This document shows, piece by piece, positions 12,614 through 24,819 of a stretch of 64,000 nt of DNA. Position numbers and translations under genes: made by a program. The stretch is from Lepidodermella squamata (taxonomy: Eukaryota > Animalia > Gastrotricha), in contig JBLDXI010000004.1 of assembly GCA_047495785.1 (NCBI GenBank), positions 186,001 through 250,000 of the forward strand, given 5' to 3'. Within the stretch, counting starts at the first letter, position 1; each line of letters begins with the position of its first letter. The notes below the pieces were generated by a model. It was not told the origin of the DNA, did not search any database, and saw only the letters and a program-made list of their open reading frames with translations.

Positions 12614-13653
12614 TTTAAATATATATTTTAAAAGAGAAAATAATGAATGAAATTTAACGTTGACCTCTTTTGTCAAATTGAAGCACGCGTTGTTTTCATC
12701 CTATTTTGATTTTCAAAAAAACATCTGGCACATTCAACACGCCTGAGTATTATTTTCAGCCACACCCTTTGAAAATAACATGGATTGAATCAAGGACAAC
12801 AATCCAAGACATAAATTTGAAATTCATTTTTTGTATTTCATTCATTTGTGATATCTGCGATCGACTATTGAATTTTCTGCGATTTTTAATTGTAATTAAT
12901 ATGGTTCATAGTCAATAGACAGGGAGACACCAGAGGATTTTCTAACCTACTGTTCGACGAAATCCTTGATGGGCGAATCGAGCTGCGTGACAAAATTGGA
13001 CGCTTGTACTATTTAATTATAATAATAATTTAATAAATTTTATGGACTTCAGGGTTATTGACGGCACTACAAAGAATATCAAAGTTCCTACAAAGAGGTG
13101 CCACCTGAGTTTGTATTTGTGGAATACCGAATATTTATTTTATTGTATTTATTTTATTTTCAAGGCACACAGCTGTTGATCGCGAGCTCGCACACTTGGC
13201 TTTATTTCAAGAAAAACATGTTGTTGACGATTTTCTGTCGAAAACCAGGCGATGTCCACGACCAAATAAGCAGATTTTAAAATAGCTCGCATGCACCGGA
13301 TCTATTAAGCTTAAATTTCAGGTTCAAAACAGCCAAAAGTGAAACTCGGACAGAACTTAAAATGTGGGTTAACAGGAAACAAGTAGGTGACACAATGCGA
13401 TGCCACTCAACGTTCAGATACCTATCATATAATTGGCAAATCTTCGGGAAACTAGTTTTGCTTTTCAAGTCAACTGCTCAATTTTCCCAGGAATTTAACG
13501 GCTCCTGCGTACTAGTTTTCAACTAAATAAAAATTCTAAAATTTTCATTTCAGAACAGGTCTAACTAAACCTTAAATAAAAATTCCTTCTGAATCCATGG
13601 AAGTTTAGGTTTTTTCGTCCTTGATTCATTCCATTTGTTGTTTGTATTTTATT
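10528..13653 (+). repeat. Direct segmental duplication of ~45-3498 (gene A/C body plus ~1 kb upstream)
   Basis: Collinear sequence, near-identical over the 5' exons and promoter, with indels from MITEs and a tandem duplication; ends at TTGTTGTTTGTATTTTATT. Confidence 0.92.
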
Positions 13654-14800
13654 GGATCTCAACCTCATGGATCTCATGCCCCCGAACCGTAGCACCGAAC
13701 AAGTAAACGCAAATTTAGCCCTCTCAATTCTGAGAGGTTATGGCGTAAATCTAAAATGTAGTGGCACATCATAATCATAATTCCGTGCCTCGCTCGTTTT
13801 ATGGTTTTATCACTAGCCATTTTGGCAAATGTAACCACTGTGTTCTTTATCCACAAGTCAACTCTATTCAACTCTACACTTTATTATCAGCAATTACAGC
13901 AATTATTAGAACTTGACTCTAGCAATGCTACAGACCACATGAACTACTAGCGGTGTAACAAAGCTAATGTTCAACGTGTTTATATAGTGCTGTACCAAGC
14001 TGTTGTCTTGTTAGCGCTGCCCATAAAAGGGTAGATCGGATTACCATATACGGCTTGCTTTGATCCATCGATGTTACCAAATATGGTGAGCGGTATTATT
14101 AGCTGTCGGTATCGATAATGCGAGTTGTTACCGTGTAGATTGAGCGTAGTGCAAATGATTGACAGGTGTAGGTGTGTCGGTGCCGGTGCATTGCGTAATG
14201 CACGCACTCACAAGATATGGTTAAGTACATACACACCAAGAGCGGTAATGTTATGTCATGCGTAACAAGGTGTAAGAGAGTGTATCAAAAATACTTAGCG
14301 CGCTGAGGTTATATTCAGCCGCTACACAAATACAGCAAAGAAATTCAACCCCAGGCAGCTCCCTCCAAGATCCAAGATAAGATTCTAAGGGTTTCAAAAA
14401 CGCTGAACCGAACAAGATGCCGTAAAAAGTACTGGTTTGGTTACCAACTCGATGATTCATCTGACAGTTTGAAAAATTGATCCTGGTTACTTTTGATGAT
14501 CATTTTTTCAAAAGGATCGCCAACACAGATTCCAAATCCCTTTTCCATTTTAGCAAGGTTTGCACGGGGGACCTAATCATGTTATAATAGTTAATAATTT
14601 TATAATAGTTCCATAGTTACAATCACTCTTCGGGTGATAATCACTTTTGTTCCTACAATTTTACTGCTTTTATCAAGTGTTAAATAACCTTTTTTATTTA
14701 GACATTGAGCAATGTTCATCAGAAAAGTAATCTTCCCACTTCATAGCCATTTATTTTCACTTCTTCCTCAAACACTGTTCGAGTTCCCTGGAGAATGTAA

Positions 14801-16543
14801 TCAGGGATACCTTTGGCATAGTACTTTTCGAACTGCGTATCGGCAAGGCATTATGCCGAAGTAGAAACCAGGGGCTGGGACGTTTGTGCTGGTTGTGTAG
14901 AGGATGATACCGCAGGCATCGAATGTACCAATTTGACCGTACCATTTTGATGCATCAAATATGAAATCGGAGCCATCGTCCCATTTGTATAGGCCTTGTT
15001 TCCGAGTGAAACCGATCCAATGCAATGCAGCCTTATCCATCGTTTGTGCGGCAGCGGCCACATCAGCGTCAGTCTTGAGCATGGCCAACGTTGCGTTGTA
15101 TTCGGCGCATTTTGCGATGCGTTCAGATTGATCGTTATTAAGCTGGACTTCAAATGCCAAGTACTTGTCCCCCTGTGTTATGTTATTGCCGTAGATATAC
15201 AAAAGTGAAAGCGTGAAAGCGAACTCACTGGAGATGACAAATTGTTGATGCATTTATCATGATTGAGCTGAAAGGTCGGCGAGTCGGAAAACATCTTATC
15301 CTTGTTACATAGAAATACACTTCATACCAGGGAGAGATATATTCCAGGTCCCTACCTGAGTTTGATCTTGAGGGCAGGCGGCATAGCACGACGTTCGATT
15401 TGAGGAATCCCTGCATGACACAGCATTCTGTTAAGAAATTGTTAGTAGGTGCATAAGCTTCGAAATTGGCTTGACAGCTCACTCCTATCAAGCAAGTTGA
15501 TCTGTTGATGTAAACTTTGGCCGAGTACTGCTGAGTCTCATTGCTCGCATAGCAGCCGGGGCTTTGCGGTCGGCAGTCACTGAATTTGCCAGCTGTCGAA
15601 TCGAAACACCGGATTTGCGGCTTCTCACTGATCGGAACAGTGACTGGAAACGGGAAAAACGCCAGGTTAGACATTCATTTCATTTGGGTTACTAACCGGA
15701 ATTGTTGATGCAAGACGCTAAATTTGAGTACAGCGTTTGCTCAGTGACCTGTGTGGGCATAGCAAAAGTAAAGATTGCACAAAATTACGAAAAGATTACG
15801 AAAGAACGAAAGAATTACGAAAGAATTTCCAACCATTTGAAACTAACCCAGTTTTCGGGGCAAGTGTACGGGTCTGGAACACAAGTTTTAATCGTGCCGC
15901 TAGAAGTGCATCGCCGGAATTGCAATTCCTGGAATGAAAAAACAACCAAGTACCAAGAATTCCGAGGTAGTTAAACATTTCTCACGTCGAAAGCAGCTCG
16001 CTGCTTCTCACACTCGTTGAGGTTGTATTTCAAGCTCAAAGCCGGCGTCTGATCGTCGAACCAGAGGGTCTGAAAGTTAATTGTTTTCTATTTGAATCTG
16101 CCGGAGATATCACGAGAAAGATGAGGCGTACATTCATATCACCCGGATTGTTACAACCGACGTTACCAGGAACGCAAAACGGGGTGAGAGCCTCGTATTT
16201 GTAGCACATTCGGGCATTCTACAGACAAAAGAAGCGCACTTGAAGCAAAACTCATGAGCAGGTAATAAACGGACTCCTTTGTTGCAGACTCCTGTGGTTC
16301 GGGAAACTGAGCCCCACTACAAGTGAAAAGATTCAGTTGAGAACAGATTTCATATCGAATCGAATAACGGCAAACCTGAAATTCTTTGAGTGGATCACAG
16401 CCATCGGCAGCCGGAAGGCAGCTGGTGAATCGGTTGCTGAACTGTGAGAAGCACCGAACCCAGTTCAACTGCTGCTTGCCCCAAGCCACGTCGCTCGATG
16501 CCATCAGAAGCGCCAGTAGCATGGCTTCATAAATATTAGTCAT
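14801..16543 (-). CDS. Gene D: secreted protein with 5 four-Cys modules and one C-type lectin domain (10 exons, apparently intact)
   Basis: Exons: MTNIYEAMLLALLMASSDVAWG..WVRCFSQFSNRFTSCLPAADGCDPLKEFQ | WGSVSRTTGVCNKG | NARMCYKYEALTPFCVPGNVGCNNPGDMN | TLWF..NECEKQRAAFD | ELQFRRC..TCVPDPYTCPENW | ..ASCINNS | ..PQIRCFDSTAGKFSDC..GC..STCLIG | NAVSC..SCYAACPQDQTQ | ..HDKC.. | CTLD (KCAEYNATLAML..HWIGF..WDDGS..DACG..MPC..VLCQRYP*). Confidence 0.9.
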
Positions 16544-16734
16544 TTTCCTATCTCTATAATAAATATTTTCAAACGCGTTTTTCAATGCGGTATATTCGTT
16601 CTCAAACTTCTAACGGCACGTGCTCAATCCGATTTAAAATTTGTGAAAAAGCAACGAGTGTTTTCATTGCCAGCCAGAGACAGATAAAGAAATATTATGT
16701 AATGAAATAGCTCATCAGAATCAAATTAAAGTAC

Positions 16735-17112
16735 AATCTGTGTAAAACCTATGAAAGCATTCAAGTATAGCATCAACTCTTGTTGATAGGCTATGGAAGG
16801 CTTAGGATAAGAAGGATGCGGAACAATCCAGCCCTTATTGAAACTCCTAAATTTTATATAAGAAAATATTGAATGAAAGTTTTACGGTGACCTCTCTTTT
16901 TAAGATAGCACGCGCTGTTTTCATCATATTTTGATTTTCAGAAAAAACATGTGGCACATGACACTCGCCTGATAAATTATTTTTAGCCACACTTTGAAAA
17001 CAAGATGGATTGAATCGAGGACAAAAATATCTCAACGTGTAAAAATTTCATTCAAATGGGAGAAACATCACTCTTGTTTACAGGGTAACTCAATTAGGCT
17101 CAAGATGAGAAT
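16735..17112 (-). pseudogene. Two decayed relics of A/C-type exon 1 (the first with its promoter)
   Basis: ACTCTTGTTGATAGGCTA..GGCTTAGGAT.AGAAGG, GCACGCG.TGTTTTCAT and GGATTGAATC.AGGACAA align with ~1835-2140 with deletions; a second fragment lies at ~17048-17112. Confidence 0.7.
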
Positions 17113-17531
17113 AATAATAATGCGAATAAATTCAATCATTATTGAAATTCATGCTGATCAGGTGTTTTATTGATACTAAAACAGAAATATTCGAATAGCC
17201 AACATCTTTGCCTAAAAGATTGGTTGAAATGTGAATTTTGAGTCAGTTTAAAGAGCAGGCGATCAACTAGCAACGCGTTCAACTAAATGCGATAAACAAG
17301 TATATCAAGGCTAAAAAGCTAACTTGATTTCATGTCTTAAAATTCTTCTGAATCCATCAGTTTTCGAATGACGGCGGACAGCTGCAGACGACTTATTCCA
17401 ACATTAAGATAACTGGAAACATATTATCACATTTTATTGACAACTCATCCGCTACAACTGGGCCGGCCAGGGCTAGTCACCGGTCACCGGATGAGTTGAT
17501 GACGAATTTCGATTGTTCAACAATGGCAAAA

Positions 17532-19720
17532 TTATTCAGAAGCTTGGTCTTTTTTGTATTTTCTATTCAAGTTATTCAACAAATTAACGAAGGCGGTATG
17601 CACCGTCGCCTCGCCATGTGCCGCTTTCATTGCCTCGGCGGTCGCTTCTGTCAAAAAACATAGATTGGAATAATAAAATTGACATTTTTCATGTGCGAGG
17701 CACTCACTTTCCATCTCCTCGAACGTCAGCACGCCGCTTTTGATGGCTTTGAAGGCTTTGTTAGGGCCACCGCCCGCTAAAACCGCGCGTTTTCTGGATA
17801 AAAATAAATTGAGAAATTTTAAGGTGGAAAGATATTGAGAAATTTTTTACATTTCGGTCTCGCTGTGGGCAAACAGTGCCCGGCGTGCGGCGCTTTTTGT
17901 AAATAGCCTCAGCCGTTTTCAACATTAAGCGTAACGAGGACCTTGATCTTTGTTCGTTCTCCATTCAGCCTTAATAACCAAAAAACAATGTAAACATGAT
18001 GATTGATTCAGGAAAAAATTACCTATATGAATACCTTTATGAATTTAGGAACTTGAAAATAAAGCTTACTCTCAGTCTCAGCCTCTCGTTTTCGGCATTG
18101 ACAGCCGCTTCATCTGCAGCTGCCTTCGATTCGGCGGCAGATTTCCGATTTGAAATCTTTGCTTTGCTCGAGGAGCTTGGTACAGCAGTGCAATCCTCAG
18201 TCGTACTTGGAGTATCCACGCCAGGACCATCCAAGGTAGTATCAGTCACGACTACGTCAAGGCCAAGCTCGGCCAAACATGTGGCGAGAAAACCGGCAGG
18301 ACCAGCCATGAGAGGGCAAGCCACGACAGGGGCAACAACCGTTGTTGGAACGGTCGTAGTTGTGTTTGGACAAGCTGTTGTTGCCAACCCAGCCACGCCA
18401 AGATTAGTTGTGCCGGGATGAGACTCGTTCCTCGTTCTGACCAGCCGCAACTCCAGCCAGGCTGACAGTGGATTCGTCGAATTCATCTATCAGCAGCACG
18501 AGAAAGAAAGAAAATGTACCTGCTTCGTGATTTCTTTCTGCCGACTTCTGTAAAAAAATGATGGAAATGTTGGCTCATAAATTTTCTAAACAAACCGGCT
18601 TAATCTTGCCCAACTTGCCCAACACCTGAGGAGAGGGCCTGAGGTTGATCTGAAAAATCATAATTTTTTCTTTTTCCACAGAATATTCAATAAAAATTAC
18701 CAATATTGTCAGCCTCCATTGTCTCCAATGGTGTGGCACCTGGTTGAGATAGATCACCAGGAGGCTCTGAAGCGGCCGGAATTTCACGACAAAAATAATA
18801 GCTCTGATTTACCAGCGTATTAGAAATTGCCTCACTGAGCATCTGAGATCACAACAAACAATTAAAGCGTGACTTTTACATCTGACTGACATCATACCTG
18901 AGGTGAATCGCGGTAAAGTTTGTTGAATCGATCTTCGATATGCCTATAGACTGTGTCAAACTCAGAATCCACTTGACGCATAACGTATCCAGTTTCCTTG
19001 TCCAACGCTTCCGGAACAAAAAAATTCCGCACGTGAAAAATAATTAATTCTTAAATAAGGGCAATAGTGACCTACTTTAATGATTTCACGAAATTCTGGG
19101 GGGAGCATTTTCTGCTAAAAAACATGATGAACGTCACCATGATTTGGATAAAGTTGAGAATTTACTTCTTTGACAGTAGCCGGCGGCTTAGTTGCGATCA
19201 CTGGCTGATTCACCTTCTCAATCAATTTCTGGCCGCTTTCGCCGATTTCATCCAAGCTGACGTTGACGCCGGCGCAATGCAGGATCGCCATGCTAACCTG
19301 TAATATTTTTAGCTTGAAATTTGCAAGTCTTTGAAAAAATTCTTACAGATTTTTGCTCTTTCGATAGAACAGGGGCTGGTTTAGGTTTCGGATTGGACTG
19401 CGCCTGGGCCGATTTAGGCTTCGGTTTAGACGGCGCCGGGACTTTCATTTCGGGAATTTCAGTCGATTCGGCATTTCTTGGAGGGCAATTGTCGAAAACT
19501 GGCTCGCCAATGTCCGGAAGGTCCAAGTCGGCCTCGGTGTCGGCCTCGGTGTCGGCCTTGTTGTTGACCTCGGTGTCGGACTCGGTCTTGGCCTCGGCCT
19601 TGGAGTCGGCCATCAATCTCGGCCTTTTGGCACTTGATTGCTTATTGGCCGGAGGGCGAGATTCTTTCTTAGGCGAATCTTCGTTCGAGACATTGGCATT
19701 TTTCCGAGACGAATTCCTAG
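17532..19720 (-). pseudogene. Multi-exon, partly degraded gene divergent from the CMC transposase; probably the element's accessory ORF
   Basis: Exon-like blocks with GT-AG ends: a low-complexity K/E/A/P-rich block with 12-bp repeats (~19520-19615), a Thr-rich block at 18037-18486, and a terminal exon EATAEAMKAAHGEATVHTAFVNLLNNLNRKYKKDQASE*. Stops occur in intermediate blocks. Confidence 0.45.
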
Positions 19721-20340
19721 TTTTTATCCGAGAATTATTAGACCTTCAATAGTCAACATTTAACAATAAAATGGATGAAAACGTATTCCAATAACCAACA
19801 TGGTAAATGTAGTTGTAGGATCGATGAGAAATGAACTCCTTAACTCGAATTTAAAAAATTGAACAATACTTGGTCGTAAAATAAATGCAAATTCTTTATA
19901 ACATAGTAAATTTCTTGAAAATTTTTGAATGAAGAGCCTTCGCGATTACGCAGATCTGCTTGAAACTTGATGATGACATTGTTGCGAAAGAGCGTTCTAT
20001 AAAAGTTATGAGAATAGTCCTCGCGTGATTAATTAAATTGGCCCACGATAGCAGGAGAAATAACGTGATGATATTTTTTCATAACTGTCTGCAAGTCTAA
20101 GGCCTCACCGTCACTTCGCTTATCAAACTTTTTTTATGACTTTATGATATCAATTTCAGGAAGATTTTTTTAGAATTCTCCATTAATTTATTGAGAATTT
20201 TTATTTATTTTTTTTGACAATTTTTAAGAAATATCCAGAATTCTAAAAAAAATAATCTAGCAAATGCCCAAGAAAAATTTATTGAATTCAAACACCTCCA
20301 TTTCCTTATTTTGTTACTATTTACATTTTTAGGAATTATT

Positions 20341-22877
20341 ATGGGTAATAAAAGGGGTCCACGAGGACCCTATCACAAGCCTCCGAGAGATGTTGAGCCC
20401 GAGGAAATTGAGCCTGATGCAATACAGCCCGAAGAAATAGACTCGGAAATTCTCGACCTGGTCCATAATTTATGCCTTCTGGTTGAAGCCGGCATTGAAG
20501 ACGACCAGATGAATCAGCAAATTTAGAGCCAGCTTAATCCTAGCTCAGACGAAATTGCTGAGATGCCGACGTTTAACAATTGTCAAAGTGATGAATCGGA
20601 ATCGGAATTCGAAAGCCAAACAACTCGCAATGTGCCGCTCGAGACTATCGCGTTTGAAATCCTCTCGTCTTCCTCTGGCTTCTCGAAAAAAAACCAAGAA
20701 TGAGCTGTTGCATTTCATAACAGCTTTTCATCCCGATTCCGAGCTTTATACGGACAACAGATCCCACGAAAACTTGTTCCCTTCAACTTTCAAAGTCACC
20801 AGAGTAGATCAGCCTGACAATTGCAACTTGTTTTTACTGGATTTACCTTCTCAAATTATTCGAATTCTAACTAAAACCAAGTACTGCCGGGCGGTTACTC
20901 AGACGTTAGCCGATCGTTAGCCGTGGCGACGCGCTGTCTCTATCGGTTAATACCGATGGAGTTCCCTTCTTTAAAAGCTCGAAATTGCATCTGGCCGGTT
21001 TTCTGCTTGCAAATGAACTTCCGTATAACTTGAGAATTACTAACCCATTTCTAGCCGGGCTCTGAACCGGGCCAAGCAAGCCAAAGTCTATTAAAGATGA
21101 TCTGGTTCCAATTGTGACTCAAATTGCTCAGTTGGCAAATTCAGGTCTAGAATGGCAGGATTCGGATGAGAATCTTCGAAACTCAAAATTGTTCGTTTTA
21201 CCCGTTGTGCGATCGCTCGGGCGCCTGTTCTCGGAATGCTGCAATTTAATGGGCATTTTGCTTGTTCCAAGTGTTACCAAAATGGGCAATCGATTTATTC
21301 TGGAAGTAAATCTCGATATTTCGTCTATAAATTCAATCAAAATGTTCCTTTGCGGACAAACGAAGAATTCCTTCGAGATTGCAAGCTAGCGATTGACCTG
21401 GGAAAGTATGTTCGAGGAATTTGCGACCCTTCGGCATTTTTTCTAGTTCCACGTTTTAATGCTGTTTCCTATGTAAATATTGATCGAACTCACTGTGCTG
21501 ATTTGGGCGTTGTGAAAAGAGCCTTTATCCTTCATTTTTCGACTACTCTCCCAACTCGGCCGTATAACTTGATGGCGAAAATACCCGCAATCGACAAATT
21601 ATTGAAGCTAGTCAGCGTCCCGGCTGAAATTCCCCGCATTCCTCGGTCTTTGTCGAATCTTGCATTCTTCAAAGCTCATGAATTTCGTTCCTGGTTTTAT
21701 TATTTGTTACCAACCTTGTTGAGAAATGAGAAAATCCATCGATGCGGTTTATTTCGAAAAATTATGCTGTTTCGAAAAGCCTTAATGATATTATCATCTC
21801 AAAACCCAATTTCGAAAATTGACGACTGCGAAGGTTATTTGTCGGATTTTGTTCGAAACTGGGAGGAGCTCTATGGCTCGAGGCACATTCTCTGCTCCAT
21901 CTCGCCGAGGATTGCCGAAATCTGGGACCCCTGTGGGCATGCGACATGTACCCGTTTGAATCCCTCAATGGCATGTTGAAACAACTGGCCAAGGGCACTC
22001 AGGTTAGTCACCTTCCTTTTCAGAATCATATTGCTGAAAATAATAGATTTCCAAGTACCTATCTCGCGAGTTTATTGCGCTTAAAATTCTTCACCAAGTT
22101 TGAGATAATCTTGAAGATAAACGGATTGATTGGATTGAAAAAGCTTGCTTGTGCCTAGAAAAATCCATCATAATTCCGATCGAAGTCCTTATGGGATTTT
22201 CTGGGCCCTGGTTAGGGCGTTAAGATTTTATTATTGTTATAATAAAAATATGACAATTTTTTTTCGTTTGTGTTTCTCCCATGGACTTTTCTTTCAAATA
22301 CCAACTTTACCGTCCGAAAAGGGTCTTCAGGATTTTGAACAGGCCATAGCTTTTTTACGAGATTTTTAATCGTACATGATGCAAATTTACCTTCAAAGTG
22401 TATCATTTCTGCCTATAGAATATTGGAGGGCGAATCATGTCTGCCTTCTGCCGAATATTATCTATGGGTGATCTTCATCCCGATGTACTAAAATCCGCCT
22501 GCCAGCCATCAATGAGAAGCATAGCCCTGCTACGCGAGAAAACGAAGCGGGAAAATGAAAATCGTGTTGATGGATGGTTTCTGCCTGAAACCTTTGCGCA
22601 GCGAAAAGAGATGTTGGAGCCGTTAGTTACCAGTAAATTTATGTCGCGAATTCAGGTCATTTTTAATTACTTTTAGGGATATTCTTGCCTTGAACCGAAT
22701 CGAAGAGCCTCTAGATGAAGCCGAACTGGCTACTTATTACTTGTTTACCTACAAAAACAAGCAACAGCTTAGCACCGAAGCTCGGCAAACCAAGAACCCC
22801 CGCTGTCGAAGGTGCGACTTAGTAATAAAAATCAACGGCGATTTCATTTTCGTCATCGAGGCAATCTTCGTCTATCG
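20341..22877 (+). pseudogene. Decayed CMC-superfamily (CACTA/EnSpm/Mirage-like) transposase
   Basis: Tnp2-type motifs in order: NTDGVPFFKSS (~20950), QFNGHFACSKC, IDRTHCADLGVVK, KAHEFRSW, GPLWACDMYPFESLNGMLK. Several frameshifts and stops; interrupted by a hAT MITE at 22878. Confidence 0.75.
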
Positions 22878-23564
22878 CAGCGAGGAAAGTAGGCCGGCCA
22901 ACCTACCAGGGACGCAGGTTATCTGTAAAAAAATTTGCCGCTCGCTCGCTCTGCTCGCTCGCGAACACCTACACTTTTTCATATTATCGAGTATCGAGAA
23001 CGCTGGTTTTCGAATTTTTTCCCCACAATTTTTTGTCCCCGATTAGCCTGAAATAGTCATTTGATTGAGAACTTCGGATTTTATTTCGTAACTGCATTTT
23101 GCGAGCGAAGCGAGCTATTTTAAGAGATTTTGCAGCAAGGATGGCCTGAAAATGCTCAAAATCTCATACAATTTTAAAAATAAACAACAAAATCGACCTT
23201 AATTCACCTCTAAAGGACTTGAAACTTGATGGAGAAAATTTAGTTTTCCAAGTTGGTTACGAATGAAGTTTTCAACTCAAGTTAATACTTCTGTTCTACT
23301 CTGAAAGCCGAGCGCAAACTTCAAATTAGCCTGTGCTGTTGTTATAGCGAGCGAAGCGAGCTTAGCTGAAGACATTTTGCCGTAATTAAGGCTGAAAATA
23401 GGATTTGCTACACTCATTTTGCGATACAACAACGCTCTACCAGCCAACCTACCGGGGATTTCAGCGTCCCTGGCGGGGACGCCTTGACCCTCAAACCTAC
23501 CAGGTACGCGTCCCTGGTACTACCCTCATCGTCCCTGGCGTCCCTGGTGCTACTTTCCACGCTG
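22878..23564 (+). mobile_element. Non-autonomous hAT-type element (687 bp)
   Basis: TIRs CAGCGAGGAAAGTAG / CTACTTTCCACGCTG; perfect 8-bp TSD GTCTATCG; internal CGTCCCTGG repeats. Confidence 0.9.
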
Positions 23565-24819
23565 GTCTATCGTAAACATCTCTACTTCGGAGAAAGAACT
23601 TACGCTACGACCAGCAATAGCCATAATTGTTTTACAACATCAAATATTTCCGCTGCGTATTCCTCGATTCAAGCGAGCAGATTTCCAACGTTGAAAAAGG
23701 GGCTGTTTTCTGGCAACGTGCCATGTTCAAGGCCCCTTTTGACTTCGTAACTTTAAACTATGACACGATCATCCAGTCTGCTTTGTAATTGATATTGAGA
23801 AATTTATTCGGTTTTACGATTGGATCTGAAAAATTCGTCCTTTTGCCGTTATTTAGCCAATAATCACCTAATGTGGAATTATGAGACCTCGGTTTCTTAA
23901 ATGATAGGAAATTTTTCTGCATCGCAGCTATATCACCGTCTAGATCATTGTCTAATCTTCTTCATTCCTCAACTGTCTATTCGGCTAATTAATAATTATT
24001 TATCGGAATATTTCTGATATTCCTGAAAAATGCTTTCAAGTCGCCACATCGTAAACCAGAACTCGCCTCATTGCTATTGAGAAAAGATAGTTATATTGTT
24101 GAAAGCGCTCGTACCTTCAAACTTGTACTTTTTTGTTAACTACATTACGTGCTTACGTGCAAAGTGAACGTTTGAAAATAAATACTGCTTTATTGAACGA
24201 ATTTTCATCTCATATGAAGAAAAATACACTACGAAAAATAACTACGCCTGAAGAAATTCAGAAAAAGTTGTGTTTTCATTAAAAATCCGAGAAACAAGGG
24301 GATAAACAGGGAGATCGCCATCAATGCTTAAATGTTACAAGAAAAATCTTGTATAACAGGAAAAAACCATAATTTCGGCCTCAAAACAGAATACATATCA
24401 GTAATATGTTTCTTTTCTCTGTTTTCATCTGTATTCTGTTCATACAAGACTCACAAAGAATTTGTTGCTACGGGCAGCCTCGTGTTAGCTCTTGCAATTT
24501 CACGTCCAAGGGGTTTAAAAAGACCTGTGATTTTTTGAAGAAATCAAATCAAAGTCACTGATCGGCACTTTTAATTAAAATTATAAATCATGATATATTT
24601 TCCAACGCTTTTACACCGGCAATTATGAATTGAAATTAAAATACCAAATACCAAAGTATTTTATTCTAATGTGCGTTCACGAAACACACTTTAAAGTCAA
24701 TCATATTACCGTAAACTGAGCAAAATCACGGCAGTACTCTCATTGCAATTTTAACACACGTCTGTCTGTTCCTTCCGTTGATTTGATTTGAAAATCGACA
24801 AAGCCGTAATTACTCCATT

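Noticed and set aside
15480-15640. Resemblance of the module (RCFD...C......GC......Y.....C) to the C-terminal half of a Kunitz domain
   Set aside because: Only four Cys, different spacing, and no FxYGGC or GNxNxF; not supportable without a structure comparison.
17996-19752. Plus-strand ORFs 17996-18421 and 19321-19752
   Set aside because: Antisense shadows of low-complexity minus-strand exons.
24227-24474. CACTACGAAAAA and ...GCTACGGG as possible CACTA termini
   Set aside because: The two ends do not match each other and no partner TIR or TSD was found for the large element.
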